Of a DNA stretch of 64,000 nucleotides, positions 53,237 through 62,774 are shown in pieces. The notes under the pieces were generated by a model. That model was given only the letters and a program-made list of their open reading frames with translations, ran no database searches and was not told the origin of the DNA. The DNA is from a virus, in the IMG/VR virus record IMGVR_UViG_3300045988_130750, positions 32,001-96,000 of that record; one strand, written 5' to 3'. The translations under genes were made by a program, and so were the position numbers. Each line of letters opens with the position of its first letter. The first letter of the stretch is position 1.

Positions 53237-54602
53237 ATTAAAAATTAAAATCCCATCTGGTGCAAATGAGATTATTCATACACTCCAAGATAAAGGATAT
53301 GAAGCATATTTAGTTGGTGGATGTGTTCGTGATAGCATTCTGAAAAGACCAATTCACGATTATGATATTACAACATCTGCTACACCTGATGAGATGATGG
53401 AAGTATTCAAAGGTAAAAGAATTATTGAAACTGGCTTACAGCATGGAACAATAACAATTGTCATTGATGGCGAACCATACGAGGTAACAACTTACAGAAT
53501 TGATGGTAATTATTCTGACAATCGCAGACCAGACAAAGTAACATTTACACGAAGCCTTGAAGAAGATTTAAAGCGTAGAGATTTTACAATCAATGCAATG
53601 GCATACAATGATGAAGTTGGTCTTGTAGATCCGTTTAATGGCATGGAAGATATTAAATACCACAAGATTAGATGTGTTGGCAGAGCAGAAGACAGATTTT
53701 CAGAAGATGCATTAAGAATTTTACGTGCTATTCGATTTGCCTCACAGTTGGGATTTGTCCTTGAACCTGATACAGATTGGAATATCTCTAAAATGTATAA
53801 GAATTTGGAGAATATATCTATTGAAAGGATCAATAGTGAGTTCTGTAAAATTGCTGCATCGAGTGATTTCTGTGTACAAATGGTCTTATATCACGAAGTA
53901 TTCTCATTGTTCATTCCTGAAATTAAAGATATGTTTGGCTTTCAACAGAATAATCCATATCACATGTATGATGTATGGAATCATACAGTACATGCAGTAC
54001 AAGCTTATGAATGTGATTGTGAACCCGACTTGAACCCAAGAGATTTGATTACATCATTGGCTGTATTTTTTCATGATATTGGAAAGCCACATTGTTATCA
54101 AGATGGCGAGGATGGTATTAGACATTTCAAAGGTCACGGAAGAGTAAGTGCTGATATGACTGATACAATTATGAAAAGACTTCGTTTTGATAATGATACA
54201 AGAGAAAAAGTAGTGCAGCTTGTTTATTATTATGATGCAACTTTTGAGGTAGGAAAGAAATATGTCAAGAGATGGCTTAGTAAAATTGGAGAAGAACAGT
54301 TCAGAAGGTTATTAGATGTTCGTAGAGCTGATATTAAAGCACAAGCAGACATTAATCAGGAAACAAGATTACAGAAGATTGATAATATCGAATACATTTT
54401 AGAAGAAGTCTTACAAGATGATGAATGTTTTTCTCTAAAGGATTTAGCAGTTAATGGTAAGGATTTAATTACTATTGGATATAAGCCAGGAAAAGAAATT
54501 GGTGAGGTATTAAATAATCTGTTGGATTCAATCATTAGTGGAGAATATATAAATGAGAAAGAAAAATTATTAGAAATAGCAAAGAGGAGATTATATGGTT
54601 AA
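53226..54602 (+). CDS. cca: CCA-adding tRNA nucleotidyltransferase with HD domain
   Basis: YLVGGCVRDSILKRPIHDYDITT, RDFTINAMAY, EDALRILRAIRFASQLGF and the HD motif FFHDIGKP. The start overlaps the upstream stop. Confidence 0.85.
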   Translation: MKSKLKIKIPSGANEIIHTLQDKGYEAYLVGGCVRDSILKRPIHDYDITTSATPDEMMEVFKGKRIIETGLQHGTITIVIDGEPYEVTTYRIDGNYSDNRRPDKVTFTRSLEEDLKRRDFTINAMAYNDEVGLVDPFNGMEDIKYHKIRCVGRAEDRFSEDALRILRAIRFASQLGFVLEPDTDWNISKMYKNLENISIERINSEFCKIAASSDFCVQMVLYHEVFSLFIPEIKDMFGFQQNNPYHMYDVWNHTVHAVQAYECDCEPDLNPRDLITSLAVFFHDIGKPHCYQDGEDGIRHFKGHGRVSADMTDTIMKRLRFDNDTREKVVQLVYYYDATFEVGKKYVKRWLSKIGEEQFRRLLDVRRADIKAQADINQETRLQKIDNIEYILEEVLQDDECFSLKDLAVNGKDLITIGYKPGKEIGEVLNNLLDSIISGEYINEKEKLLEIAKRRLYG

Positions 54603-55512
54603 ATTATTCACACACACAGATCTTGATGGTATAGGTTGTGCAGTTTTGGCAAAACTTGCATTTGGTAAAGATGTAGATATTTCATACTGTGATTATGATA
54701 ACATTGATTCAAATGTCAGGGACTTTATTGATAGTGAAACAGAATTTGATATGTGTATTATTACAGATATCAGAGTAAATGAAGATACAGCGAAAATTAT
54801 TGATGACAGATTTGATAATTTCTATTTATTAGATCACCGTCCAATAGCTCTAGGACTTGATAAGTATCTTTGGTGTTCTGTGACTATCGAGTATGAAGAT
54901 AAGGAGCTTGGAGTTATTAAAACCAGTGGAACAGAAATGTTTTATTATTGGTTAATCGAGAATGGTTATTTGAAAGATTCAGATATATTAAGAAGATTTG
55001 CTGAACTTGTGAGAGATTATGACACTTGGAGATGGTCAGAACTTGGTGAAGATGGTGTTATTTGTAAGCAGGTGAACGATTTACTATATCTGTATGGTCG
55101 AGACGATTTTATTCATTGGTGCGTTACCGAGATACGTGGTGAAATATTCCCATTATTATCTGCTAAAGATGAGGTTGTTCTAAAGATTAAGCAGGATGAA
55201 ATTGATAAATATATCGAAGAGAAGAACGAAACTATGTTTACCAGTCCTATGTGTGGTAAGGTTTGTGGTTTTGTATTTGCAGATAGGTTTGTTAGTGAAT
55301 TAGGTAATAGACTTTGTAAAATGCATCCTGAAATTGATTTTGTGGCAATGATTGATATTGATGGTTGTACGGTATCTTATAGAACAGTTAAAGAAGATAT
55401 TGATCTTGGTAAAGACGTAGCAAGTTTATTTGGTGGTGGTCATCCAAAAGCTGCTGGTTCAGAATTTAGTCAGAGTATTAAGTTGAAAGTTATTGAGGAA
55501 ATCTTTAAATAG
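54595..55512 (+). CDS. DHH/DHHA1-family phosphoesterase (NrnA/RecJ-like)
   Basis: LFTHTDLDGIGCAV, LLDHRP (DHH position) and SLFGGGHPKAAGS (DHHA1 GGGH). Overlaps the cca stop. Confidence 0.75.
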   Translation: MVKLFTHTDLDGIGCAVLAKLAFGKDVDISYCDYDNIDSNVRDFIDSETEFDMCIITDIRVNEDTAKIIDDRFDNFYLLDHRPIALGLDKYLWCSVTIEYEDKELGVIKTSGTEMFYYWLIENGYLKDSDILRRFAELVRDYDTWRWSELGEDGVICKQVNDLLYLYGRDDFIHWCVTEIRGEIFPLLSAKDEVVLKIKQDEIDKYIEEKNETMFTSPMCGKVCGFVFADRFVSELGNRLCKMHPEIDFVAMIDIDGCTVSYRTVKEDIDLGKDVASLFGGGHPKAAGSEFSQSIKLKVIEEIFK

Positions 55513-55525
55513 TGAGGTGAAATAA

Positions 55526-55999
55526 ATGTTTTTAAGTGACACAGATAAAACTGGATATCCAGTTGGTACATTTAAACTTGGTCAAAAAATATATCATATT
55601 AAGGACAAGGAACACAGATTTAAATTTCATAAAAAGTGTGAATATTGTGAAAGTACAGGACGTGTATTGATAAAAGGTAAAGAATTTATATGCCCTGCTT
55701 GTAAAGGCGAGTACATATATAAGGAGGTAGTTGAAAAGATTATTGACGATTATAATATAAGAATCGGCAGCATCATTAGTCTTCAAAATAAGAAAAACAC
55801 TTATGAATTTTATGCCACTAGTTCAGATAGTTGTGGTTTACAAATCCAGATATGTGATGATGGTAGTAATACATATTTTGGAACAAAAGAGGAAGCTAAA
55901 GAGGCTTGCGAAAAGTTCAATAAAGAACATAATGTTGATTTATATTTGGAGGAATATAATCGTGCAAGTGTTAGAGAAAACATAAGAGATGGATTCTAA
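55526..55999 (+). CDS. Hypothetical zinc-ribbon protein
   Basis: 157-aa ORF with GTGAGGTGA SD. CEYCESTG...CPACKG. Confidence 0.7.
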   Translation: MFLSDTDKTGYPVGTFKLGQKIYHIKDKEHRFKFHKKCEYCESTGRVLIKGKEFICPACKGEYIYKEVVEKIIDDYNIRIGSIISLQNKKNTYEFYATSSDSCGLQIQICDDGSNTYFGTKEEAKEACEKFNKEHNVDLYLEEYNRASVRENIRDGF

Positions 56000-56015
56000 G
56001 TGAAGGTGAAAGAGT

Positions 56016-56471
56016 GTGAAATTAAAGGATAAAATACGAGATAAATTGAGACATTGGTTATTAGAGGATGACTTGTTTCAAGTGGAAGCAGCTAAAAAAT
56101 CATATAAAGATGCAATAGAAAAATGTAAAGACGCAGAGGGTAGATATAGATATGCTAATATTCAATTATCTGACGCAGCCGTTACATATAAAAATTCTTA
56201 TAAATTAGTTGATGATTGTCATAAAATGATGAATTCGATGATAAATGTTGGAACTGATGTCGGTTTTTATTCAGAAGACCATTCTTGGGCGGTTGTGTGT
56301 ATCAAAGGACATCCTGAATATGTGAAGTTTATTCCATTATCACATAGAGACGCACGTGATGTACTTGAATTTTTAAAGCATTTTAGATATTCAAACAGAG
56401 TAATTGATTCGCCTTTTGCATTTAGAGATATGGTTGACCGTTGTATTATGGAGAATCCGTTTGGAAAGTAA
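56016..56471 (+). CDS. Hypothetical protein
   Basis: 151-aa ORF with GTG start after GAAGGTGA. Confidence 0.65.
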   Translation: MKLKDKIRDKLRHWLLEDDLFQVEAAKKSYKDAIEKCKDAEGRYRYANIQLSDAAVTYKNSYKLVDDCHKMMNSMINVGTDVGFYSEDHSWAVVCIKGHPEYVKFIPLSHRDARDVLEFLKHFRYSNRVIDSPFAFRDMVDRCIMENPFGK

Positions 56472-56482
56472 AGTGAGGTGAA

Positions 56483-56779
56483 ATGGTGAAAATAACAATT
56501 GATATTCCAAGAGGATATGAAAGAGATTTTATCGCTGATCAGTTTAAGGATTTCTTTTCCAGAGTAATTGCAGATATTAACTGCGATGGAATGTGTGGTA
56601 ATTATGAAAAAGAAATCGCAGAAATGTTTTTAGAGGCATTTGATAAAGCTATTGTTGGTGATGTTAATCTAAATGCAAATGTTATTCCAGTTGCAAATAT
56701 ATCTTTTAACGAAGAAGATATACAGAAGATGATTCAAGATAAATTAAAGAAGTTTCAAATAGAGAATAATCTAATATAG
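56483..56779 (+). CDS. Hypothetical protein
   Basis: 98-aa ORF with GTGAGGTGA SD. Confidence 0.7.
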   Translation: MVKITIDIPRGYERDFIADQFKDFFSRVIADINCDGMCGNYEKEIAEMFLEAFDKAIVGDVNLNANVIPVANISFNEEDIQKMIQDKLKKFQIENNLI

Positions 56780-57010
56780 AAGTAATTCTATTCACGGCTG
56801 ATCAGCCAAATTTTCCAAATAAAAGTAACAAGAAATATTTTTTTCATTATTCTCTGTCAAAATACACTATTTTGCAGAGGTTACGTAACCATAATTACCT
56901 AGGAGTTACTGCTTAATTCCTTTCTTCTTAATACTATTTTGTTGTAAAATCACTCGAAAATAGACACGTCTGCCTAATCGAATGAAAAAAATAATTCTCA
57001 AGGGCTACGA

Positions 57011-57892
57011 GTGTTAAGTTTATGTGGTGGCGTAGAAACAGGATTATATGCGTTACAACAACTTGGAATACCTATAAGAGAATATCATACATATGAAATT
57101 TTACCAGAAGCCATAGCAGTTTCTCAGTGCCATTTTCCGTTTGTGGTACATCATGGCGATTTATATGAAGCGGATTTTGAACAATTCAAAGGATTTGATC
57201 TTCTGTTGGCAGGAACTTGTTGCCAGTCACTTTCAAGAGTACGAATTGAAAGTAAAGAAGTCAATAATGGTCTTGATGGTAAGTCAGGAATTTTCTTTAA
57301 AGCGATTGAGTGTCTTAGGGTAATTCAACCCAAATATTTCATGTTTGAAAATGTAATACCAAGCAGTGATGAAGATTTGAAAACAATGACAGAATGTATT
57401 GGTGTTGAACCTATTTTGATTGATTCTGGAATTTTTTCAGCTCAGAATCGTGAGAGATATTATTGGACAAACATACCACTAGGCGAATTGCCTGAAGAAT
57501 CTTCATTAGTTTTGAAAGATATTATGGAGAATAATGTAGATGAGAAGTATTTCTACAAGAAGGACTTTGAGATTTTGGATATGAATAAGCGTGTATGTGC
57601 TGAATTAAAAGTTAATTCTATGGAAATGAATAGAAGAATTTATAATCCAGATTTTAAGTGCAGCACATTAACTTGTATCAATGGTGGATACCACGAAAAG
57701 AAAGTATTAGATAGTGGCAGACCAAGAAAACTTACAGAAATTGAATATGAGAGATTGCAGGGATTATCTGATAATTTCACAAAAGTTCAGCTCAAAAGTC
57801 GTTATTTATCATACTCAAAAAGGTGCAGTCTGATGGGTAATGGTTGGAATGAACCAACAGTTGAATGGATCTTGAGCGGATTAAGAGAATAA
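57011..57892 (+). CDS. DNA (cytosine-5) methyltransferase (N-terminus/start anomalous)
   Basis: Motif I-like LSLCGGVETG, catalytic GTCCQSLS, FMFENV, QNRERYYW and GNGW. The frame is open from 56978 but the only start is GTG 57011. An out-of-frame ATG+A7 lies at 56982. Confidence 0.75.
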   Translation: MLSLCGGVETGLYALQQLGIPIREYHTYEILPEAIAVSQCHFPFVVHHGDLYEADFEQFKGFDLLLAGTCCQSLSRVRIESKEVNNGLDGKSGIFFKAIECLRVIQPKYFMFENVIPSSDEDLKTMTECIGVEPILIDSGIFSAQNRERYYWTNIPLGELPEESSLVLKDIMENNVDEKYFYKKDFEILDMNKRVCAELKVNSMEMNRRIYNPDFKCSTLTCINGGYHEKKVLDSGRPRKLTEIEYERLQGLSDNFTKVQLKSRYLSYSKRCSLMGNGWNEPTVEWILSGLRE

Positions 57893-57945
57893 CATAATAT
57901 GAAGTTCCATTGAAAGTGGAATTTCTTGTGGAGAAAGGAGAGAAT

Positions 57946-58668
57946 ATGTATCCAGAATACGATGATTTTTATGAGCCAAGTGAAGGCGAAATGTTTTTTG
58001 ATGAAATGAAAGAAAAGTTCAGAGAGATTTTGCGTGAAGATGTAAACTCTGAAATCAGTAAATTAACAAAAGAAAATGCAGAATTAAGACAGAAAGTTAA
58101 AGAGTACAATGATAAAAATTGGGATCTGTCTCGTAGAGAAAATGATTTACAGTACAAAATGGACAATTACAAACGAGAGGTAGAAAACGATTTTTACAAT
58201 AAAACAATGGAAGAAGTTTTTGAGAAATTATTAGATGACTCAGAAGTGTGGTATGCAGAACATGTTCCTCATGAGAAACCAAAATGTAATTTATGTAACG
58301 AGGAAAGAAAACTCGTTGCAGTATATCCAAATGGTGAAACTGTGACCAAGGAGTGTGAATGTTCTCGACCAACATATATTTATGAGCCAATAATTTCATT
58401 GAATAAAGAGATTAAATTTCATAAAGCATATAAGCCAAGATACAGTGATAAAAAGAAAATCTATTTTACTAAAAATCACAGACCAAACAAGGATTATGCA
58501 GATGCGTATGATTATTATAGTGAATTCAGAATAGAAAATATTTTTGATGATTTTAATGATGATGTAATTGCATATCACAATGGTAAAAGATATGGAGAAA
58601 AAATTGCATTCAGGAGCAAAGAGGCTTGTCAGAAATATTGTGATTGGCTTAATAAGGAGAATAAGTAA
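57946..58668 (+). CDS. Hypothetical coiled-coil/zinc-binding protein
   Basis: ATG at 57946 after AAAGGAGAG; the track start is 57910. Confidence 0.7.
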   Translation: MYPEYDDFYEPSEGEMFFDEMKEKFREILREDVNSEISKLTKENAELRQKVKEYNDKNWDLSRRENDLQYKMDNYKREVENDFYNKTMEEVFEKLLDDSEVWYAEHVPHEKPKCNLCNEERKLVAVYPNGETVTKECECSRPTYIYEPIISLNKEIKFHKAYKPRYSDKKKIYFTKNHRPNKDYADAYDYYSEFRIENIFDDFNDDVIAYHNGKRYGEKIAFRSKEACQKYCDWLNKENK

Positions 58669-59454
58669 ATGGCATATATAAAAGAATATTGGCAGAATAA
58701 AGAACAGAGAGCAGAAACTGCTCGCAAACATACAAAAGAGATGCAGAATAAATATGGTTGTTGCATTCAAACTTCAATTTTGGGTACAAAAATTTATGAC
58801 ACGGATTCATTTGATAGGGATTTTGAAGAGGATATCGAAGACAAAGATACCAAGATTATTGTAGAGAATATTGATAGTGTAAGTGCTGTAATGAAATACG
58901 GCAATCCAAGTACAGCAGTTCTTAATTTCTCATCATATAAAAATCCAGGTGGAATGTTTTTGAACGGTAGTAAAGCACAGGAAGAGTGTTTGTGTCATGA
59001 ATCATTCTTATACAATGTATTAAGTCAATTTGTATTAGAATTTTATGATTGGAATAATCGACACAAGAATAAGGCTTTATATTTGAACAGAGGATTATTT
59101 TCTCCTGGTGTTTGGTTCTTTAGAGAGAATGATCATGTAGAGTGTAATGTTATTACTTGTGCTGCTCCAAATAAGTCGGCAGCACAAAAATATCAGAATG
59201 TGTCAGACGAAGAGAATATTAAAGTATTAAGAAGTCGAATTAGGTTTGTTCTTGATATGGCGAAGGATAATAACGTAAATACTCTTATCTTAGGAGCATA
59301 CGGATGTGGAGTGTTTGGACAAGATGGGACAGAAGTAGCGAATATATTTAAGGAATATCTGACAACTACTTATAAGTGCTTTGACACTGTGATATTTGCA
59401 GTTCCAAGTGGTAGAGATGGCAACTATGAAAAGTTTGCAAAAGTTTTTGAGTAG
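58669..59454 (+). CDS. Macro-domain protein of the TIGR02452 / microbial PARG-like type
   Basis: AVLNFSSYKNPGGMFLNGSKAQEECLCHESFLY, ITCAAPN and LILGAYGCGVFGQD reproduce that family's three signatures. Confidence 0.75.
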   Translation: MAYIKEYWQNKEQRAETARKHTKEMQNKYGCCIQTSILGTKIYDTDSFDRDFEEDIEDKDTKIIVENIDSVSAVMKYGNPSTAVLNFSSYKNPGGMFLNGSKAQEECLCHESFLYNVLSQFVLEFYDWNNRHKNKALYLNRGLFSPGVWFFRENDHVECNVITCAAPNKSAAQKYQNVSDEENIKVLRSRIRFVLDMAKDNNVNTLILGAYGCGVFGQDGTEVANIFKEYLTTTYKCFDTVIFAVPSGRDGNYEKFAKVFE

Positions 59455-59487
59455 TATAAGAAACATAGATTTCTTTTGGAGGTTTAA

Positions 59488-59679
59488 ATGGGATTAATTG
59501 AAAAATATGAAAAAAGAAAACTAAGATATGAGAAGCAACTTTCTCAAATGTCAGATGATAGTGAACTATCAGAGTATGGATTTTGGGATAAAGGGTATCT
59601 GCGTGGGAAAATTGCAATATGTGATGACATTATAGACGATTTGAATAATATCTTAATTAAGTACAATAAAAAGCAATAG
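59488..59679 (+). CDS. Hypothetical small protein
   Basis: 63-aa ORF with TTGGAGG SD. Confidence 0.7.
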   Translation: MGLIEKYEKRKLRYEKQLSQMSDDSELSEYGFWDKGYLRGKIAICDDIIDDLNNILIKYNKKQ

Positions 59680-59702
59680 TGTCAAATTTAAAGGAGAATA
59701 AT

Positions 59703-59963
59703 ATGGCAGGATTTGTCTCAAAACAACCAAATGGATTATATTGTAGATTTTCGACCGTTACGGATTGCCCTACAGCATGGAATATGACACGAGAAGATTA
59801 TATCAATATGAAAATGCAGGAAGCAAAAGAAGACGCTGAGAATGTGTTGGATAATTATTTAAAGCCGTTTGATATGGTGCTAGATATGTATTATCCAAAC
59901 AATATGACAAAAGAGAAATTTAATGAGTTCCTTGAAGAAACTGGCTATAGTAAAGGAGAATAA
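59703..59963 (+). CDS. Hypothetical protein
   Basis: ATG at 59703 after AAAGGAGA. Confidence 0.65.
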   Translation: MAGFVSKQPNGLYCRFSTVTDCPTAWNMTREDYINMKMQEAKEDAENVLDNYLKPFDMVLDMYYPNNMTKEKFNEFLEETGYSKGE

Positions 59964-59968
59964 ATCAT

Positions 59969-60238
59969 ATGAAGAAGAAGATTTTAGCAGTTGTATTAGG
60001 ATTAACACTGTGTTTTGGAATGACTGGATGTACTAAAGGTGATATCGAACCTGAAAATAGTGATATTGGAAATAAATATATAGACTTAGTAACAATCTAT
60101 AAAGGTGATGCATATACTGAAGTTCTCTATGATAAGAATACTAAAGTTATGTATTTTGTAAAAAGATCAGGTTATCAATTTGGAATCACACCTATCTATA
60201 ATTCAGATGGGACAGTTAAATTGTATGATGAAGAATAA
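59969..60238 (+). CDS. Lipoprotein
   Basis: MKKKILAVVLGLTLCFGMTGC signal peptide with an L-x-G-C lipobox. AAAGGAGA SD. Confidence 0.75.
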   Translation: MKKKILAVVLGLTLCFGMTGCTKGDIEPENSDIGNKYIDLVTIYKGDAYTEVLYDKNTKVMYFVKRSGYQFGITPIYNSDGTVKLYDEE

Positions 60239-60239
60239 T

Positions 60240-60368
60240 ATGATAGATAACAAATTACGTCAGCAATATAGACAGGCTGCTGTCATTTTAAGAATAGAAT
60301 TTAAGGAAACTTGTTTGTACAGATTGTGCGAAGAAGTTGTGAAGAAGTTGAGTGAGATTTTGAATTGA
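60240..60368 (+). CDS. Hypothetical 42-aa protein
   Basis: ATG at 60240, directly after the lipoprotein stop. It is the tail of track ORF 60180-60368. Confidence 0.45.
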   Translation: MIDNKLRQQYRQAAVILRIEFKETCLYRLCEEVVKKLSEILN

Positions 60369-60382
60369 TAAAGGAGAATAGT

Positions 60383-60709
60383 ATGGCAGATTATAAGATT
60401 GGTCAGATTTTGACATCAACAGAAGAAGTAGAAATTGAAAAAGCATTATCAGGAGAAAGGGTAAAAATTCCAAAGGGTAATAAAGTAATCATTGGTGCAG
60501 ATAAATTGGCACATCATATCAGAAATGGTTTTATTCAGCCATTGGCAGAAGGTTTAATAGTAGAAGGATATGATACTGCTGGCATTGCAGAATATCTTTA
60601 TATTGTACTTAGAAATCATTTACCTATTGATGAAATGATGGAAGGATATGAAATCACCAAGCAGGAAGTTATTGATGAAATTGAATGTGCTTTAGATGAA
60701 ATTTTCTAG
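60383..60709 (+). CDS. Hypothetical protein
   Basis: ATG at 60383 after AAAGGAGA. Confidence 0.7.
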   Translation: MADYKIGQILTSTEEVEIEKALSGERVKIPKGNKVIIGADKLAHHIRNGFIQPLAEGLIVEGYDTAGIAEYLYIVLRNHLPIDEMMEGYEITKQEVIDEIECALDEIF

Positions 60710-60752
60710 TTAACAGCAAACCGAATTTTCTTGGTGATTTAGGAGGTGAAAG

Positions 60753-61061
60753 ATGAGTAAAAACTATGAATTAGAGTTATATAAATTACTAATCAATCCA
60801 GAAGAAGACGATATTGACATCTCATATGTAGATGAATTCGGATGGGTTAATGATACAGAATTTTGTGTTTGGATTAATCTTAGTTGGTTTAATGAATTTA
60901 TCAAACGATTGAATGATATTTTCGGTTATTCATTATTTGATGAAGGTGGAATTGAAGCAAGAATTGGTAGTGATTATGTCTGTATCGACTTAGAAGAAGT
61001 TATTTCTGGATACGGTATTGATCTTGAAGAGGTATTTCCAAGAAGTAAATACACACATTAA
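60753..61061 (+). CDS. Hypothetical acidic protein
   Basis: 102-aa ORF with TAGGAGGTGA SD. Confidence 0.7.
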   Translation: MSKNYELELYKLLINPEEDDIDISYVDEFGWVNDTEFCVWINLSWFNEFIKRLNDIFGYSLFDEGGIEARIGSDYVCIDLEEVISGYGIDLEEVFPRSKYTH

Positions 61062-61112
61062 GAGAATAATACATTGAAAGAAATCTTTCATTTGATGGCA
61101 GGAGGTGAACGA

Positions 61113-61328
61113 ATGGGTAAAATTAGTAAACAGACATTTATTGTAGAAGTTGCAACTGATAAAGATTCTTTTGAAGATTGGTTAGCAGAGAAGTGTTCAG
61201 AAATATACAATATGGCAATTGATGATTTTGTAGAAGCTATTGATGAAGAAGATAGAGACGAATATTTGGTTGACGATATGAGAAGAATCGAAGAATTAGC
61301 AGAAAAAGTCAAAGGAAGTAGAGAATAA
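61113..61328 (+). CDS. Hypothetical acidic protein
   Basis: ATG at 61113 after CAGGAGGTGA. Confidence 0.65.
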   Translation: MGKISKQTFIVEVATDKDSFEDWLAEKCSEIYNMAIDDFVEAIDEEDRDEYLVDDMRRIEELAEKVKGSRE

Positions 61329-61389
61329 TTAACTGAATAATACGAAAGGAGTGAGTGGCAGCCTTAAAGAAATTTCGCTCTGAGTAGTA

Positions 61390-62004
61390 ATGAAAACAGA
61401 TGAATATTTAAGATCATATATCAGAAAATATTTTTATCAACATTTAGATATTTGCAAATGTGATATATGTGGAAGTACGCATGATTTACAAGTACATCAT
61501 TCTGATATTCAATTTTTTGAGATGGTTGATAAGACTATGCAAGATCTAAATTTGAAATACTATTCTGATATTGAATTCTATTCAGACAATGAAAAGGATT
61601 TAATTATTACATACATTTTAGGATTACATATGAGAAGTAGATATCAGATATTATGCAAATCATGTCATACTAAAATACATCAGCAGGATGTCAAACGAAG
61701 AAAACAAATACTATCTAATATGCCAGAAATTATCAATTTTATACTTTTGCATAAAGACACAAGGTTATTTCAGGATGGAAAAATCGAATTGTTTAAATTG
61801 ATTAAACATGATTATTCGTCAATAAGGTATGTAAGTACAAATGAAATCAATATGTTTTTTGAAAAATATGATATTCCATTTAGATTATATGATAGAGACG
61901 ATAATGGAAAGAGATATATTGATAAAAGAAGAAGGTTGCCAAACGGAGAAATTAATAATAACAGGGATAAAGCATATTGGATATTGAAAAATATTATCCA
62001 ATGA
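61390..62004 (+). CDS. HNH endonuclease
   Basis: CDICGSTHDLQVHHSD...CKSCHTKIH is an HNH/zinc-finger pattern. Confidence 0.75.
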   Translation: MKTDEYLRSYIRKYFYQHLDICKCDICGSTHDLQVHHSDIQFFEMVDKTMQDLNLKYYSDIEFYSDNEKDLIITYILGLHMRSRYQILCKSCHTKIHQQDVKRRKQILSNMPEIINFILLHKDTRLFQDGKIELFKLIKHDYSSIRYVSTNEINMFFEKYDIPFRLYDRDDNGKRYIDKRRRLPNGEINNNRDKAYWILKNIIQ

Positions 62005-62041
62005 AACTCGCATTTCATCACTTGGAAAGGAGAATAATACT

Positions 62042-62770
62042 ATGAGTTTAACACATAGAGAAGAAGTAAATCTTTACGAAGCAATTCAGAAATCATTTCC
62101 TAAAATCCTCATTAAAGATTTAGCAGAACACGAAAGAATTTGCCCTGTCTGTAATGGTCTTGGAATGAGAATTGAAGACAATGTTTATGGTATTAAGGGT
62201 GATGATTCTGAAGCTGGCAGAAAATATCATTTCCCATATAAGCATCAAGCACTTTCATTCTGTCGGAGCTGTTTCAATGGTGTACAGAGATTATGTCCTT
62301 ATTGTGGACAACCATATAAGAATCAGTCATATATGCATTGCGACTGCGAAGGACAGAAGAAAGCTGATGAAGAAGAGAAAATAAAGAAATGGAACGAAAA
62401 GGTTTCTAAAGCAGTTCCAGTTGAAGAAAAAGATGTGGACACAATGCTTTACTGTGAGGAATTTGATGAGTATTACGATACTGTTGATGATTTCTTTGAC
62501 GATTACGCAGTGAATTATTTGGACGAAGAAGTATATACAAAACCTGAGAGATTATGGGTATGCAGTGTAGAAAATATTCATATTGATGCTGATAATGTAG
62601 TTGACAATGCTTGCGAAGAGTTACATGAAGACGCTTATGAACAGTGTGATATTGGTGGTCTGCAAAATTTGTTAGATATCTGGTGTAAAGATCAGACGGG
62701 AGCTACTACATATTATCCATGTTATAAGCAGTATGTTTTGATTGATTGGGATGAGTTTGAAGGAGAATAA
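62042..62770 (+). CDS. Hypothetical multi-CxxC zinc-binding protein
   Basis: 242-aa ORF with AAAGGAGA SD. CPVCNGLG, CRSCFNG, CPYCG. Confidence 0.7.
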   Translation: MSLTHREEVNLYEAIQKSFPKILIKDLAEHERICPVCNGLGMRIEDNVYGIKGDDSEAGRKYHFPYKHQALSFCRSCFNGVQRLCPYCGQPYKNQSYMHCDCEGQKKADEEEKIKKWNEKVSKAVPVEEKDVDTMLYCEEFDEYYDTVDDFFDDYAVNYLDEEVYTKPERLWVCSVENIHIDADNVVDNACEELHEDAYEQCDIGGLQNLLDIWCKDQTGATTYYPCYKQYVLIDWDEFEGE

Positions 62771-62774
62771 TACC

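Noticed and set aside
28690-53400. Additional CTGATGA hammerhead cores (near 28690, 35771, 42185, 48135, 53393)
   Set aside because: All lie inside coding sequence and lack a following stem II-GAAA-stem III arrangement and a UH cleavage context.
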